The position numbers were made by a program, and so were the translations under genes. The notes beneath the pieces were generated by a model. The model was given only the letters and a program-made list of their open reading frames with translations. It searched no databases and was not told the origin of the DNA. This document shows, one piece after another, positions 1-10,709 of a stretch of DNA of 64,000 nt; the stretch's first letter is position 1; the number at the start of each line of letters is the position of its first letter. Source of the stretch: an uncultured bacterium (lineage in GTDB: Bacteria > Zhuqueibacterota > QNDG01 > DTFT01); NCBI GenBank assembly GCA_963736115.1, contig CAVTNR010000021.1, positions 12,757-76,756 of the forward strand, in the 5' to 3' direction.

Positions 1-257
1 TTTTTCAGGGACAGCAGATGCTCGGCGATCTGAAAATGGGTCTCGGCCGGCGTGGCCACGATGAATCCGTCGTAACCGGCGCCCGCCGCCTCGCGGAAGT
101 CGGCGTGCACGGCAGCGGACGGGTACTGCTTCGCCAGTTCGGCGCGGACGGCCTCGCGTGTATCGACAATGCCGCCGAGACTGCCCAGTTCATTGAGGGT
201 CTTGATGTGGTTCTTTCCCCATCTTCCGGCCCCGATGACGCAGATGCGTTTCGACAT
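1..257 (-). CDS. Gfo/Idh/MocA-family oxidoreductase (NDP-sugar 3-dehydrogenase, WlbA/WbpB-like), 5' part only; runs off the window edge
   Basis: Not in the ORF track. Hand translation from ATG 257 gives MSKRICVIGAGRWGKNHIKTL...GFIVATPAETHFQIAEHLL, with Rossmann GxGxxG and the ATP..TH motif. GGAG RBS upstream; follows the DegT aminotransferase. Confidence 0.85.
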   Translation of the reverse strand, partial: MSKRICVIGAGRWGKNHIKTLNELGSLGGIVDTREAVRAELAKQYPSAAVHADFREAAGAGYDGFIVATPAETHFQIAEHLLSLK

Positions 258-267
258 GTGTTTCTCC

Positions 268-1404
268 TCAGGAGAAAAAGGACCGGATCGCCGCGACCAC
301 TTCGTCCTGCTGTTCGGCCGTGAGCTCCGGGTAGATGGGAAGGGCGATGGTGTTTTTCGATGCCCGTTCGCTGATCGGGAAATCCCCGCTCTTGTATCCG
401 AGATACTTGAAGCATTCCTGTTCGTGGAAAGGAACCGGATAGTACACTTCGTGGCCGATGCCCTTCTCCTGCAGGTTCTTGCGCAATTCGTCCCGCTTCT
501 CCGGGAGCAGAATGACGTACTGGTTGTAGATGTGATGCTCGGGTCCGTACACAGCGGCCGGCTTGACAATGCCCTTGACGTCGAGCGTCTTGTTGTACCG
601 GTCCGCATTGGCCCGCCTTCTGGCGTGCCACGATTCCAGATGAGGCAGTTTGACCAGGAGCACGGCCGCCTGCACGGTGTCGAGCCTGAAATTGCCGCCG
701 ATCATGGAATGAAAGTACTTGGGATGCGCGCCGTGGTTTCTCAGCTTCGCGAGCTTATCGGCGAGCGCCGCGTCTTTCGCGACCACCATGCCGCCGTCTC
801 CCATGGCGCCGAGATTCTTGCTCGGAAAGAAGGAGAAACAACCCATGTCGCCCATGGCCCCGGCCTTCTTCACCCCGGACCTTGAGGGATACGTCGCGCC
901 TATGGCCTGTGCCGCGTCTTCAATCACCGGTACGCCGCGCTCGCGTGTCACGTCGAGAATCGCGTCCATATCCGCGCACTGTCCGTACAGGTGCACCGGA
1001 ATGACGGCCTTGACTTTGGCCGCTTTGTCCGGATTCTTTTTGAACCACTCGCGGAGCCCGGCCGGGTCGATGTTGTAGGTGACAGGATCGATGTCCACAA
1101 ACACGGGAGTCGCGCCCAGACGGGCCACGACTCCGGCAGTGGCGAAAAATGAGTACGGGGTTGTGAGCACGAGATCGCCGGGTCCGATATCCAGGGCCAT
1201 CAGGGCCACCAGGAGCGCGTCCGTTCCGGAAGATACGCCGATGCCGTAGCCGACGCCCGTGTACGCGGCCACCTGGGCCTCCAGTTCCTTCACCTGCGGC
1301 CCCATGATGAAGGCGGTGTTGTCCATCACCTTGTCCAGCGCGGCTGAAATCTCGGCCCGCAGGGGTTTCTGCTGGGCTTTCAGATCGAGCAGAGGTACCG
1401 GCAT
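268..1404 (-). CDS. DegT/DnrJ/EryC1/StrS PLP-dependent sugar aminotransferase (WbpE/WlbC-like)
   Basis: SSGTDAL, PVHLYGQ, IEDAAQA and [16 protein letters not shown] (PLP lysine) motifs. Confidence 0.95.
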   Translation of the reverse strand: MPVPLLDLKAQQKPLRAEISAALDKVMDNTAFIMGPQVKELEAQVAAYTGVGYGIGVSSGTDALLVALMALDIGPGDLVLTTPYSFFATAGVVARLGATPVFVDIDPVTYNIDPAGLREWFKKNPDKAAKVKAVIPVHLYGQCADMDAILDVTRERGVPVIEDAAQAIGATYPSRSGVKKAGAMGDMGCFSFFPSKNLGAMGDGGMVVAKDAALADKLAKLRNHGAHPKYFHSMIGGNFRLDTVQAAVLLVKLPHLESWHARRRANADRYNKTLDVKGIVKPAAVYGPEHHIYNQYVILLPEKRDELRKNLQEKGIGHEVYYPVPFHEQECFKYLGYKSGDFPISERASKNTIALPIYPELTAEQQDEVVAAIRSFFS

Positions 1405-1416
1405 CGCTTTATCCCT

Positions 1417-1974
1417 TCAGGATGATGATTGGTGTGAATCGCTGATTTTCCGGACGTTCCACCGGTCCACGTTGAACCGGATTCCCTGGCTGATGGAGGG
1501 AATCGAGACCAGGAACCGCTTCCCCGCCTGCACCTCGACGATGCGGCCGGCCAGGCCGGCGAGGGGCCCGGACTCGATTTCCACCGTGTCTCCGGGGCCC
1601 GCTTCCACGGGCGCGGACTCCGGGTCCGAAGCCTCGGCCAGAATGCGGCGGATCATCTCGATTTCCACGTCCCGCACCACGGCCAATTGGCCCTGGAACG
1701 TGACCAGGCGCACGACGCCGATGCATTGCACGGCGCGGTAACGCTCCTGTTTTCCCCCCTGAACGAAAATGTAACTCTTGAAAAGCGGCTCTTCCACCCA
1801 TTTCTTCCGGTCGCTCCATTTTTTCAGCGACCGTTTCATGGGCAGATAAACGGGTATGCCCTTTTCATTCAGCTGAAGCTCCACCTTTTTCTCGTGGCGC
1901 GACCGCGTGTACATCGCATACCAGCGCGGCTCGTCTTCCCCGCCGCCGGATGGGCGGGTTACGGACCCGGTCAT
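1417..1974 (-). CDS. upxY: UpxY/RfaH-like NusG-paralog transcription antiterminator
   Basis: C-terminal part of track ORF 1417..3015: WYAMYTRSRHEKKV, KWSDRKKWVEEPLFKSYIFV (NGN domain) and KOW PGDTVEIESGPLAGLAG. Its own ATG at 1974 overlaps the corrected epimerase stop (TGATG). Confidence 0.9.
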   Translation of the reverse strand: MTGSVTRPSGGGEDEPRWYAMYTRSRHEKKVELQLNEKGIPVYLPMKRSLKKWSDRKKWVEEPLFKSYIFVQGGKQERYRAVQCIGVVRLVTFQGQLAVVRDVEIEMIRRILAEASDPESAPVEAGPGDTVEIESGPLAGLAGRIVEVQAGKRFLVSIPSISQGIRFNVDRWNVRKISDSHQSSS

Positions 1975-2961
1975 CAGCCGCCTGTCCCGAGTTTGAGGTA
2001 TTCCCTGCGGTCCTTCACCACGTCGGTCACAATGGCATCCAGCCGGATCTGCGGCTTCCAACCGGTCAGTTCCGCGATGCGCTTCAGGGACGGAACCCGT
2101 TCTCTGCATGTCCTCGAATCCGCCCCCGGGAAAGGCCTGGTCGTACGGCACTTTCTGAATGCCGGACCGGCTCCCCGCGGCCTTGATCACGAGCCCGGCC
2201 AGAGACTCGATGGTCACTTCTTCGTCGTTTCCGACATTGATGACCTTACCGACGCACGACTCCGTCTGCGCCACCAGCAGGAGGGCGCGGACCACATCCT
2301 GGATGTGGCAGAAGCACCGGCTCTGGGTTCCGTCTCCGTACACCAGCAGGGGCCTGCCGAGCAGGGCGGCCTCGACGAAGCGCGGAATCACCATGCCGTA
2401 CTGGGACGACTGGCGCGGGCCCACGGTGTTGAACAGCCGGACCACCACCACGGGCAGTCCGCTTTTCTTGTGGTGGGCCAGCACGAGAAACTCGTCGAGC
2501 GCCTTGGCGCAGGCATAGGCCCAGCGGTGCAAAGTCGTGGGGCCTTCCAGCCTGTCCCCGTCCTCGCTGAACGGGACGTCCTCGCTCTTGCCGTACACTT
2601 CACTGGTGCTCGTGAACACGACCTTCTTGCGGTAACGGGAAGCGAATCTCATCACTGCGTCCGTGCCGTGGAACGTCGTCTCGATGGTTTCGACCGGCCG
2701 TTCCATGACGAGTTGGACGCCCACCGCGGACGCGAGATGGAAGACCATATCGGCTTCGCGTACGAGCGGCTCGAGCAGGTCGGATTCGGTCACGGAGCCG
2801 AAAATCATCCGGAGTTCCGGGTGCGCGGAAACCGCGGCCAGGTTGGCGAAGGATCCCGTCGAGAGATTGTCGATCACCGTGACGCGGTGTCCGCCGGCCA
2901 GCAGGGTTTCGGCCAGGTGCGATCCGACGAAACCGGCGCCGCCGGTAATGAGGGCATGCAT
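1974..2961 (-). CDS. NAD-dependent NDP-sugar epimerase/dehydratase (extended SDR) with an apparent +1 frameshift at about 2100
   Basis: MHALITGGAGFVGSHL, TSTSEVYG, YACAK (YxxxK), RLFNTVGPRQ. Removing one base at 2100-2101 restores DMQRRVPSLKRIAELTGWKP and a TGA at 1974-1976. Confidence 0.88.
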
Positions 2962-3094
2962 GAATGAATTCCTTTCGAAAAAGCGCTCAGGGACGGTTCC
3001 CGGAAGCGCGAACATCCCGGTTACCGGGACAGCGGATCATCTCAATCGGACGTGAGTCCGGCCAGCCTCAGGTTACGGCCGGACAGACCATCCT

Positions 3095-5395
3095 TCAGTG
3101 CTTCTTTTCCTTGCCGTCCGACGAGTAATAATAGTAGTAGTAGGACCCCATCATGCGGTCCAGGTTCATGCCGTTGATGAGAATGCCGAGCATGTTGGCC
3201 TTCACATTGTCGAGCAGGGCCTTGCTGTGCACGAGCGCGTCGCGGTTGGTGACGCCCGACCGAATGACGAGAATCGCGCCGTCGAGCTGGCAAGCCAGCA
3301 CGGCGGCGTCGGTCACCGCGATGATGGGCGGCGTGTCGAACAGGACGATGTCGTACTGCGATGTGGCCCTCTGGATGAACTGCTGCATCATCTTCGAGGC
3401 CAGGAGCTCCGACGGGTTGGGCGGCAGGGTGCCGGACGTGACCAGGGACAGATGGTCGATTTTCGTCGGCTTGACCGCCTCTTCCATGGAGAGCCGGCCC
3501 ACCAGCACATTGGTCAGACCCTCGTTGCGCGACTGCTCGAATATGCCGTGCAGAACCGGCCTGCGCAGATCCGTGTCGACGAGCAGGGTCTTGGACCCCA
3601 TCTGCGCGAAGGTGATGGCCAGGTTGGCCACGGACGTGGATTTTCCCTCGCCCATGCCGGAACTCGTGACCATGGCGGTTTTCATGGGCTTGTCGGCCCT
3701 GGAATACTGGATGTTGGTCCGGATCGTCCGGTAGGCCTCGGATATGGGGGACTTGGGCGCGAAATGGGTGATCAGCCGCGATTCGATACGCATGATCTCC
3801 CCGTTTCCTTCCCGACGCCGCCCGACTTTCTGGGTGGAGATGAACGGAATGGAACCGAGCACGGGCAATCCCAGGCGTTCCACCTCCTCGGCGGACTTGA
3901 GGGAGTTGTCCAGGTACTCCTTGAGCAGAGTGACGCCCACGCCCAGGCCGAGCCCCATGAGGAAACCGAGAATCAGGTTGGTGCGTTTCTTCGGCTTGAT
4001 CGGGTATTTCGGGGGACGCGCCTGGTCCACGATGCGCACGGAACCGATCTGGCTGGCCTCTGCGATGCGGTTTTCCTCGTATTTTTCACGGAGCATGATG
4101 AAGATCTTGGAATTGACCTCGGCCTCGCGGGTCAGCCGCGCCAGTTTCAGGCTTTTGTCCGGCAGGTTGCTCAGGTCGCGGTTGTACCGGTCCACGATTT
4201 TCGACAGTTCGTCGATTCTCGCCCGAGCGACTTGTTCTCGGTGCGGATCTCCAGAATGCTGTTGAACAGGGTTTCGGACAGGTTCAGCGTATTGAAGGTG
4301 GCCGTTCCGCTGGCGACCATCTTCCTTTTTTCCTCGGTGATGCTCTCCTGCAGGCCCCGGATCCGCTGTTCCATATTGTTCAGCTTGACGTCGTCCGTGA
4401 CATTATAGCCGCGGCTCCGCAACTGCTGTTCGTAGGCCGATTTCTCCGTGATCAGCCGCGCCATTTCATTTTCCAGCGCGGCGATCACCGAGCTGGAGGT
4501 GCTGGCGGCCTGGTCCACAATGGCCTTCTGGTTTTCGTCGAGCTGGGATTCCAGGTAGTTCAGCCGTTTCTCATTGGCTTCATAGTCGGTCCTGGCCGCC
4601 ATGTACTGGGTCTCGAACTCTGCAAGCTGTTTGATCATCTGCTCGGTCTCAGCCGGAAGCTCCGCGACCTTGTTCACTTCCTTGTAGTCTTTCAGGGCGT
4701 TTTCGGCAGTGGCCAGCGTGTCCTGTACGTCCTTCACCTTGGTTTCGAGGAATTCGCGGACCTTGGTGGCTTCGCCCTGGCTCTCCTCGAGATCCTTTTT
4801 CTGGTAGACCTTCATCCAGGTGTTCGCGATGAAGGCCGCTTCGTAGGGGCTGGCCGCCTGTACCTTCAGCTCGATCATGTCCGTATTGCGCTTGGGCACC
4901 ACCGAGATCATCCCCTTTCCGGAAATCCTCGGCCAGGTCCGTGGAGGAAACGGAATCCGAGGCCGCTGAGTCCGTTCCGAAAAACCGCATCTTCTCGAAC
5001 AGCGCCTTCACTGCGCCGGGAAGAATACGGTCCAGGGTGAACTTTTCTTCCATCTTCCGCTTGCCGAGAATATAGAGCGAATCCGCGACCGGAGATTTCT
5101 GCAGGGACTGGATGACACTTTCCGCCAGCGTCATGCTTTTCAGGATCTCCACCTGGTTGTTGATCCGGCTTTCCTGCTGCATGATGTTCGTCATCTGGAA
5201 CAGTTGGCGCCGGATGCCCGCGTCGTCCTTGATCATGACCATGGCCGAGGCTTCGTATACCGGGTGGGCCGTGTAGGTGTAATACACCGTGCCCGCGAAT
5301 ACCGTCAGGAAACAGATCAGAATGATCCACTTCCCGCGGACGATCATCCGCAGGTATTCCTTCAGGGAAAGTTGTTGTTCCTCGGGTTCTTCCAC
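3095..5395 (-). CDS. wzc: Wzc-type polysaccharide co-polymerase/tyrosine autokinase, copy 2, split by two indels (about 4913 and 4225)
   Basis: Track ORFs 4649..5395, 4171..4911 and 3095..4195 align end to end with copy 1. Walker A GMGEGKST, DTDLRRP, VLFDTPP and Tyr cluster GSYYYYYY. Confidence 0.88.
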
Positions 5396-5418
5396 TGGTC
5401 AAATCCCCCTCAATGAAC

Positions 5419-7692
5419 TCACGAATACGTGTAATACTTGTAATACGACCCGTACCGGTGATGAATGTCCAGGCTGTTGATCATGACGCCGAGAATGTTC
5501 GCATTGACGTTCTTCAGGAGCGTCATGGAGCGGAGCAGGCCGTCCCGGTCCGTTTTCTCGGACCGGAGCACCAGCAGTACGCCGTCCAGCTGGGAGGCGA
5601 GCACCGCTGAATCGGTCACCGCGATCACCGGCGGGCTGTCCATCAGCACCATGTCGAACTTGGCGGAAACCTTCTGGATCAGCTGTTTCATGATCCGGGA
5701 GGACAGAAACTCCGATGGATTCTTCGGCAGGGTGCCGGACGTGAGCAGGTACAGGTTCTTCACCCGGGTCGGCCGGATGACCTGGCCCAGGGAGGCGCGG
5801 CCCGTCAGCACGTTCGTCAGGCCGACATTGCGGCCGGCTCCGAACAGCCTGTGCAGAACCGGCCGCCGGAGATCGGTGTCGATGATCAGGGTTTTCGCGT
5901 CCATTTGCGCGAAGGTGATGGCCAGGTTCGCCACGGAGGTGGATTTGCCGTCCCCGGGCCCCGGGCTGGTGACCAGAAGCGTCCGGATCGGCTTGTCCAC
6001 GTGCGAGTACTGAATGTTGGTGCGCAGGGTGCGGTACGACTCGGATACGGGCGAATTCGGCTGAAAATTCGTGATGAGCCGCGACTCGGGCGTCTGGCCG
6101 GCTGTATTTCCGGATTCGGTCCGCCTTCCCGGGTGTCGCGCCGCGATCAGCGGCACCGCGCCGAGCACGGGGAAGCCCATGCGCTCGACGTCCTCGATGG
6201 ATTTGACCGAGCGGTCCAGGTATTCCCGGACGAGAATGATGCCGACACCCAGGCCGAGGCCGTACAGCACGCCGATCAGCAGATTGCGCATCTTGTCGGG
6301 TTTGATGGGGACCTTGGGCGGCTCCGCGTAATCCACGATCCGGATGGACCCGATCTGGCTGGCCTCCTTGATGCGGCTCTCCTCGTATTTTTCCCTCAGC
6401 ATCATGAAGATGTTGTTGTTCACCTCGGCTTCGCGTTGAAACCGGGCCAGCTTCAGGCTCTTTTCGGGGAGCGCGTTGAGTTCCGAGTTGTAACGCTGGA
6501 GAATGCTCTGATACGCATCGGCCTTGGCCCGGAGGGACGTGTTCTCGGTTTCGATCTCCAGGATGGTGTTGATCAGGGACTCGGCGAAGTCGATGGGATT
6601 GATGGATGACCCGCCGCTGTTGACCAGTTTCCGCTTTTCTCCCGCGATGCTTTCCTGAAGGCCCAGAAGGCGCTGTTCCATCTGCCTGAGCTTGACGTCG
6701 CTGGACGTGACATACCCGGCGCCGCGCAGCTGCTGTTCGTATGAGGCTTTCTGGGCGATGAGCTCGGCCATCTGCCGCTCCAACTGCTGGATCACGGAGC
6801 TGGAGGCGCCCGAGGCCTCCGCGAGAATGGATTTCTGGTTCTCGTCCAGCTGCGAATTCAGGTAGGCGAGCCTCTTCTCATTGGCCTCGAGCTCGGTTCT
6901 GGCTTCCTGAAAGGACGCTTCGAAAGCCGCCATCTGCTGAATCATCTGCTGGGTCTCGGTGTTCAGCTCCGCGACGCCCTCGGATTTCTTGTAGTCCTTG
7001 AGCGCGTCCTCGGACCGGGACAGCACGGTCTGCACGTCGGTCAGTTTGTTTTCCAGAAACAGCCGCACTTCGGAGATTTCACCCCGGCTTTCCCGCATGT
7101 CCATTTCCTGGTAGGCTTCCATCCAGGTGTTGGCGATCAGCGCGGCTTCGTACGGGTCAAAAGCCTGCACGTGGAGTTCGATCATGTCGGTCTGATCCTT
7201 GGGGACCAGGGTCCGGGACAACTTCCGGAACTGCTCGACCAGTTTTTCAAAGGAAGGGGCGGCTGCCGCGTTTTCATCCGAGCTGGAACGGAAGGTGGAT
7301 GAAAACCACCGCTTGAACGAAAAACGCTCAACCCGCGGCATATTCCCCAGAAAAACCAGGGAATCCGCCTGGGGCATACCCTTGAGGCTCTGGATGACTT
7401 CCTTGGCCAGGGTCCGGCTTTTGAGAATCTGCATGTGGTTCTGCAGAAGGGTCTCCGACTGGCCGAAATTCACGTCGTTGAAGAGGGTCCGCTGGACATT
7501 GTTGTCCTTTTTCAGCATAATCATCGCGGAAGCCTCGTAAACGGGCAGTGTGGTGATGTTGAAATAAACAGTGAATGTCACCACCACGCCGAGGCAGATG
7601 AATACGATCCACCGGCCCCTGTAGAAAATACGGAGGTAGTCGTTGACGCTGAATTGTCTCTGTTGCGGCGTATCCAAATCAGGCATCCTCAT
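5419..7692 (-). CDS. wzc: Wzc-type polysaccharide co-polymerase/tyrosine autokinase, copy 1
   Basis: N-terminal TM with PVYEASA motif, coiled-coil periplasmic region, second TM, Walker A GPGDGKST, DTDLRRP, VLMDSPP and C-terminal YGSYYKYYTYS. Confidence 0.95.
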   Translation of the reverse strand: MRMPDLDTPQQRQFSVNDYLRIFYRGRWIVFICLGVVVTFTVYFNITTLPVYEASAMIMLKKDNNVQRTLFNDVNFGQSETLLQNHMQILKSRTLAKEVIQSLKGMPQADSLVFLGNMPRVERFSFKRWFSSTFRSSSDENAAAAPSFEKLVEQFRKLSRTLVPKDQTDMIELHVQAFDPYEAALIANTWMEAYQEMDMRESRGEISEVRLFLENKLTDVQTVLSRSEDALKDYKKSEGVAELNTETQQMIQQMAAFEASFQEARTELEANEKRLAYLNSQLDENQKSILAEASGASSSVIQQLERQMAELIAQKASYEQQLRGAGYVTSSDVKLRQMEQRLLGLQESIAGEKRKLVNSGGSSINPIDFAESLINTILEIETENTSLRAKADAYQSILQRYNSELNALPEKSLKLARFQREAEVNNNIFMMLREKYEESRIKEASQIGSIRIVDYAEPPKVPIKPDKMRNLLIGVLYGLGLGVGIILVREYLDRSVKSIEDVERMGFPVLGAVPLIAARHPGRRTESGNTAGQTPESRLITNFQPNSPVSESYRTLRTNIQYSHVDKPIRTLLVTSPGPGDGKSTSVANLAITFAQMDAKTLIIDTDLRRPVLHRLFGAGRNVGLTNVLTGRASLGQVIRPTRVKNLYLLTSGTLPKNPSEFLSSRIMKQLIQKVSAKFDMVLMDSPPVIAVTDSAVLASQLDGVLLVLRSEKTDRDGLLRSMTLLKNVNANILGVMINSLDIHHRYGSYYKYYTYS

Positions 7693-7752
7693 AAATGTGG
7701 GTTGGAGAGGGTCGGTATAAACCCATCATTTACAAGCAAGAATTGTACCGTT

Positions 7753-8391
7753 CTATCGCAGATCAATGACTTCCGCGTCCTCGGGCGCCTTGAACTGAAA
7801 GGCCGAATCCGGGATCGGAATCCCGGTCTGAACCTCGGAAAGCGTGTACACCGTCCGGTTCTTGCTGATGTCGACCTGCTCGATACGGGCCGGGACGAAT
7901 GTCTCCGCGTCCACCCACACTTTCATTTTGGGGAAATAGGTGTCCTCTTTCACGGCGTCAAAGGTCATGATGATGCAATTGCGGCCGAGCACGACCTCCT
8001 CGCCTGAAACCCGGTGGCGGTAATCCTTCTGCGTCTTTAAAAACAGCGTCTGTGGGAGCCATTCGTTGTCCGTGTTCTCCATTTGGTCGACCAGAAGCCG
8101 TTTGGCCGTCTTGCTGTAGGTCCAGAGCGTTTTGCCGTCCGACACGATGACCTGGTCATCCGTGGTGATGCGGAAGGCCGCGTCTCCCTTCAGCTCGAAC
8201 TCGCCGCGAATCGTCTGATTTTCTCCGACCATCTGCCAGAGAAACTTCTGCTCGAACCGGGCCTTGACCGTCACCTGGTCGGTCAGAACCTTCCTGACTT
8301 TTTCGATGATTTCCCGCGAATCCGCGGCCCGTGCCGCCAGGGGCAGGCCGGCCAGCAGTAGAACCGTCGTGATGATGCGTCTCGTGTTCAT
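7753..8391 (-). CDS. lolA: Outer-membrane lipoprotein carrier LolA family
   Basis: Start MNTRRII at 8391 overlaps the ftsK stop (ATGA). Signal peptide, ARFEQ, QVIVSDGKTLWTY, FQFKAPEDAEVIDLR; ftsK-lolA synteny. Confidence 0.88.
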   Translation of the reverse strand: MNTRRIITTVLLLAGLPLAARAADSREIIEKVRKVLTDQVTVKARFEQKFLWQMVGENQTIRGEFELKGDAAFRITTDDQVIVSDGKTLWTYSKTAKRLLVDQMENTDNEWLPQTLFLKTQKDYRHRVSGEEVVLGRNCIIMTFDAVKEDTYFPKMKVWVDAETFVPARIEQVDISKNRTVYTLSEVQTGIPIPDSAFQFKAPEDAEVIDLR

Positions 8392-10694
8392 TCCTCTGTT
8401 TCCTCTCCGGAGGCCGCGGCGCCGGCGTCCATGCTCAGTATCCGTCCCAGCTGGTCTTCCTCCACCAGCACGATTCTCGCCTTGCTGCCGTCGAACGGGC
8501 CGAGAATGCCCGCGGTTTCCAGTTCGTCGATCAGCCGGCCCGCGCGCGAGTACCCGATGCGCAGGCGGCGCTGCAGGAGCGAAGCCGATCCCTGCTGGTG
8601 CCGCACGCACAGGCGCGCCGCTTCGCGGAACAGCTCGTCCCGCTCCCCGGCCGCGCCTCCGGGCTCGGTAGCGCCGCGGCCGCCCGAGCCGGGCAGGGCC
8701 CAGGCCTCCTCGCGGGGCTGGCCGTGTATGTGCCGCACCAGCGTCTGCACTTCCTCGGTGGATATGAACGCGCCATGGAGCCGCACCGGCTCCGGCTCGC
8801 GCGGGTGCATGAAAAGCATATCGCCCTTGCCGAGCAGTTTCTCCGCCCCATTGCGGTCGAGAATGGTGCGCGAGTCCGTTTTCTGCGCCACCTGAAACGC
8901 GATGCGCGACGGAAAATTGGCCTTGATCACGCCGGTGATGACGTCCACCGAGGGCCGCTGTGTGGCGAGAATCAGGTGAATGCCCACGGCCCGGGCCATC
9001 TGGGCCAGCCGGGCGATGGGCTCCTCGATCTCGCGCGCGCCCAGGACCATCAGGTCGGCCAGCTCATCGATCACCAGCACGACATAGGGCAGTTTGCGCT
9101 CCGGTTCCGATCCCTCCGGCACGGGGATTTTCCCGTCGTCTATGGCCCGGTTGAAATCCTCGATGTTGCGCACGCCGGCATGGGCCAGGGTCCGGTACCG
9201 CCTGTCCATTTCCATTTCAAGACTTTTCAGAACAGCCACCGCATTGTCAACCGTCGTGACCACCGGTTCGTTGAGACCCTCCTGCGTCGTCAGGTGGTGG
9301 TGCTGGAGGTTTTTATAGAGGCTCAGCTCGAGTTTCTTCGGGTCGATGAGAACGAACTTCACCTCGGACGGCTTCGCGCGGAACAGCATGGACGCGATGA
9401 TGGTGTTGAGGCACACCGATTTGCCGGACCCGGTGGCGCCCGCCACGAGCAGATGGGGGAGCTGGGCCAGGTCGGTGACATAGGGCACGCCTTCGACGGT
9501 CTTGCCCAGGGCGACGGTCAGCTTGGAATGGGAATTCCGGAAGGCCTTGGACTCGATGATTTCGCGCAGCACCACGTCGGACGGCTTCTCGTTCGGGATC
9601 TCGACGCCCACCACGGCCTTGCCCGGAACCGGCGCGACGCGGATGCGGTTGGCCTGCATCACCAGCGCCAGGTCGTCCTGTATGCCGATGAATCGGCTGA
9701 CCTTGACCCCGGGCGCGGGGCGGACCTCGAAACGCGTGATGATCGGCCCCGGCATGATTTCGACGACCTGACCCAGAATGTCGAATTCCTTGAGTTTCTC
9801 CTCCAGGAACTGGGCCTTGGCCTCGAGCGCCGGCTTGTCGATTTTCCTTTCCTCCGCGGGAGGCAGGCGGAGCATGTCAACCGGAGGGAAACAGTACTCA
9901 CCCTGTTCCGCCTGGGGAACCGGCCCCGGGGTCCTGGGCTTCGGGACGATGGCCGGAGTCCGGTGATCGTCAGCGGTGCGTATTTCGGGTTTCAGGAAAG
10001 CAGGCTGGGCCGGAGGCGTTTCAGGAACGGGCGGTCTCCTCGGCCGGGCCGGCAAGGCCGGCTCTTCGTCGGACGGCTCGTCCTCTTCAGACTCTTCCTC
10101 CGCTTCCTCCCGCCTGAGACGCCACCCTTCGACCAGTGCCCGGACGGATTCCCGGATCCGCAACACCGTGTCCCTGAAACTCCAGGAGGTCGCGGTCATG
10201 AACAGGGCGATGAACGCGGTGAGCAGGACAATCACGGATCCGGCCGTTCCAAGCCAGCGGCTCAGTTTTTCCGCGATGAATCCTCCGAAAAGACCGCTGA
10301 GCCGGTACCCGATGGAACTGCCGGTTTCGGAAACCGCGTGCGGAAGCGCGAGCGCGGTTGAGAACATCAGGCCGAATCCGGCGAGAATGCCGCAGGTGCG
10401 GAATAAGGAGCGAAGGGGCGTCACCGCGAAAAGATTCCATCCGAGGAGAAAGACGATCAGCGGAAGAATGATGGAAGCGTATCCGATGGTGTAAACGTAG
10501 AGATAATGGCTGATGAAGGCGCCGGCCAGTCCCAGCCAGTTCCGGACCTGTCCGCTCTCCCCGCCTGCCGGAAAATCCGACGCCCGGTAGGAGACTACGC
10601 CCAGCAGCAGGAGCACGGCCAGGGCCATGATCAGAACGCCCAGGAGTTCCTGTTTTTTTCTACTGTCTCCGGCGGATTTTCTTTTTTCAGCCAT
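8388..10694 (-). CDS. ftsK: DNA translocase FtsK
   Basis: N-terminal 4TM domain, PHLLVAGATGSGKS, VIDELADLM, LATQRPSVDVITG and gamma domain LLQRRLRIGYSRAGRL. Confidence 0.97.
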   Translation of the reverse strand: MAEKRKSAGDSRKKQELLGVLIMALAVLLLLGVVSYRASDFPAGGESGQVRNWLGLAGAFISHYLYVYTIGYASIILPLIVFLLGWNLFAVTPLRSLFRTCGILAGFGLMFSTALALPHAVSETGSSIGYRLSGLFGGFIAEKLSRWLGTAGSVIVLLTAFIALFMTATSWSFRDTVLRIRESVRALVEGWRLRREEAEEESEEDEPSDEEPALPARPRRPPVPETPPAQPAFLKPEIRTADDHRTPAIVPKPRTPGPVPQAEQGEYCFPPVDMLRLPPAEERKIDKPALEAKAQFLEEKLKEFDILGQVVEIMPGPIITRFEVRPAPGVKVSRFIGIQDDLALVMQANRIRVAPVPGKAVVGVEIPNEKPSDVVLREIIESKAFRNSHSKLTVALGKTVEGVPYVTDLAQLPHLLVAGATGSGKSVCLNTIIASMLFRAKPSEVKFVLIDPKKLELSLYKNLQHHHLTTQEGLNEPVVTTVDNAVAVLKSLEMEMDRRYRTLAHAGVRNIEDFNRAIDDGKIPVPEGSEPERKLPYVVLVIDELADLMVLGAREIEEPIARLAQMARAVGIHLILATQRPSVDVITGVIKANFPSRIAFQVAQKTDSRTILDRNGAEKLLGKGDMLFMHPREPEPVRLHGAFISTEEVQTLVRHIHGQPREEAWALPGSGGRGATEPGGAAGERDELFREAARLCVRHQQGSASLLQRRLRIGYSRAGRLIDELETAGILGPFDGSKARIVLVEEDQLGRILSMDAGAAASGEETEE

Positions 10695-10709
10695 ATGCCT
10701 GCCGTTGAC

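Noticed and set aside
1417-3015. Apparent epimerase-UpxY fusion protein (532-aa track ORF)
   Set aside because: Removing one base at about 2100 restores the conserved epimerase C-terminus (RRVPSLKRIAELTGWKP) and a TGA overlapping the upxY ATG. The fusion is a frameshift artefact.
4912-4915. Phase variation of wzc2 by slipped-strand mispairing
   Set aside because: The run is only 4 nt, a second indel exists in the same gene, and similar indels hit core genes such as ftsE.
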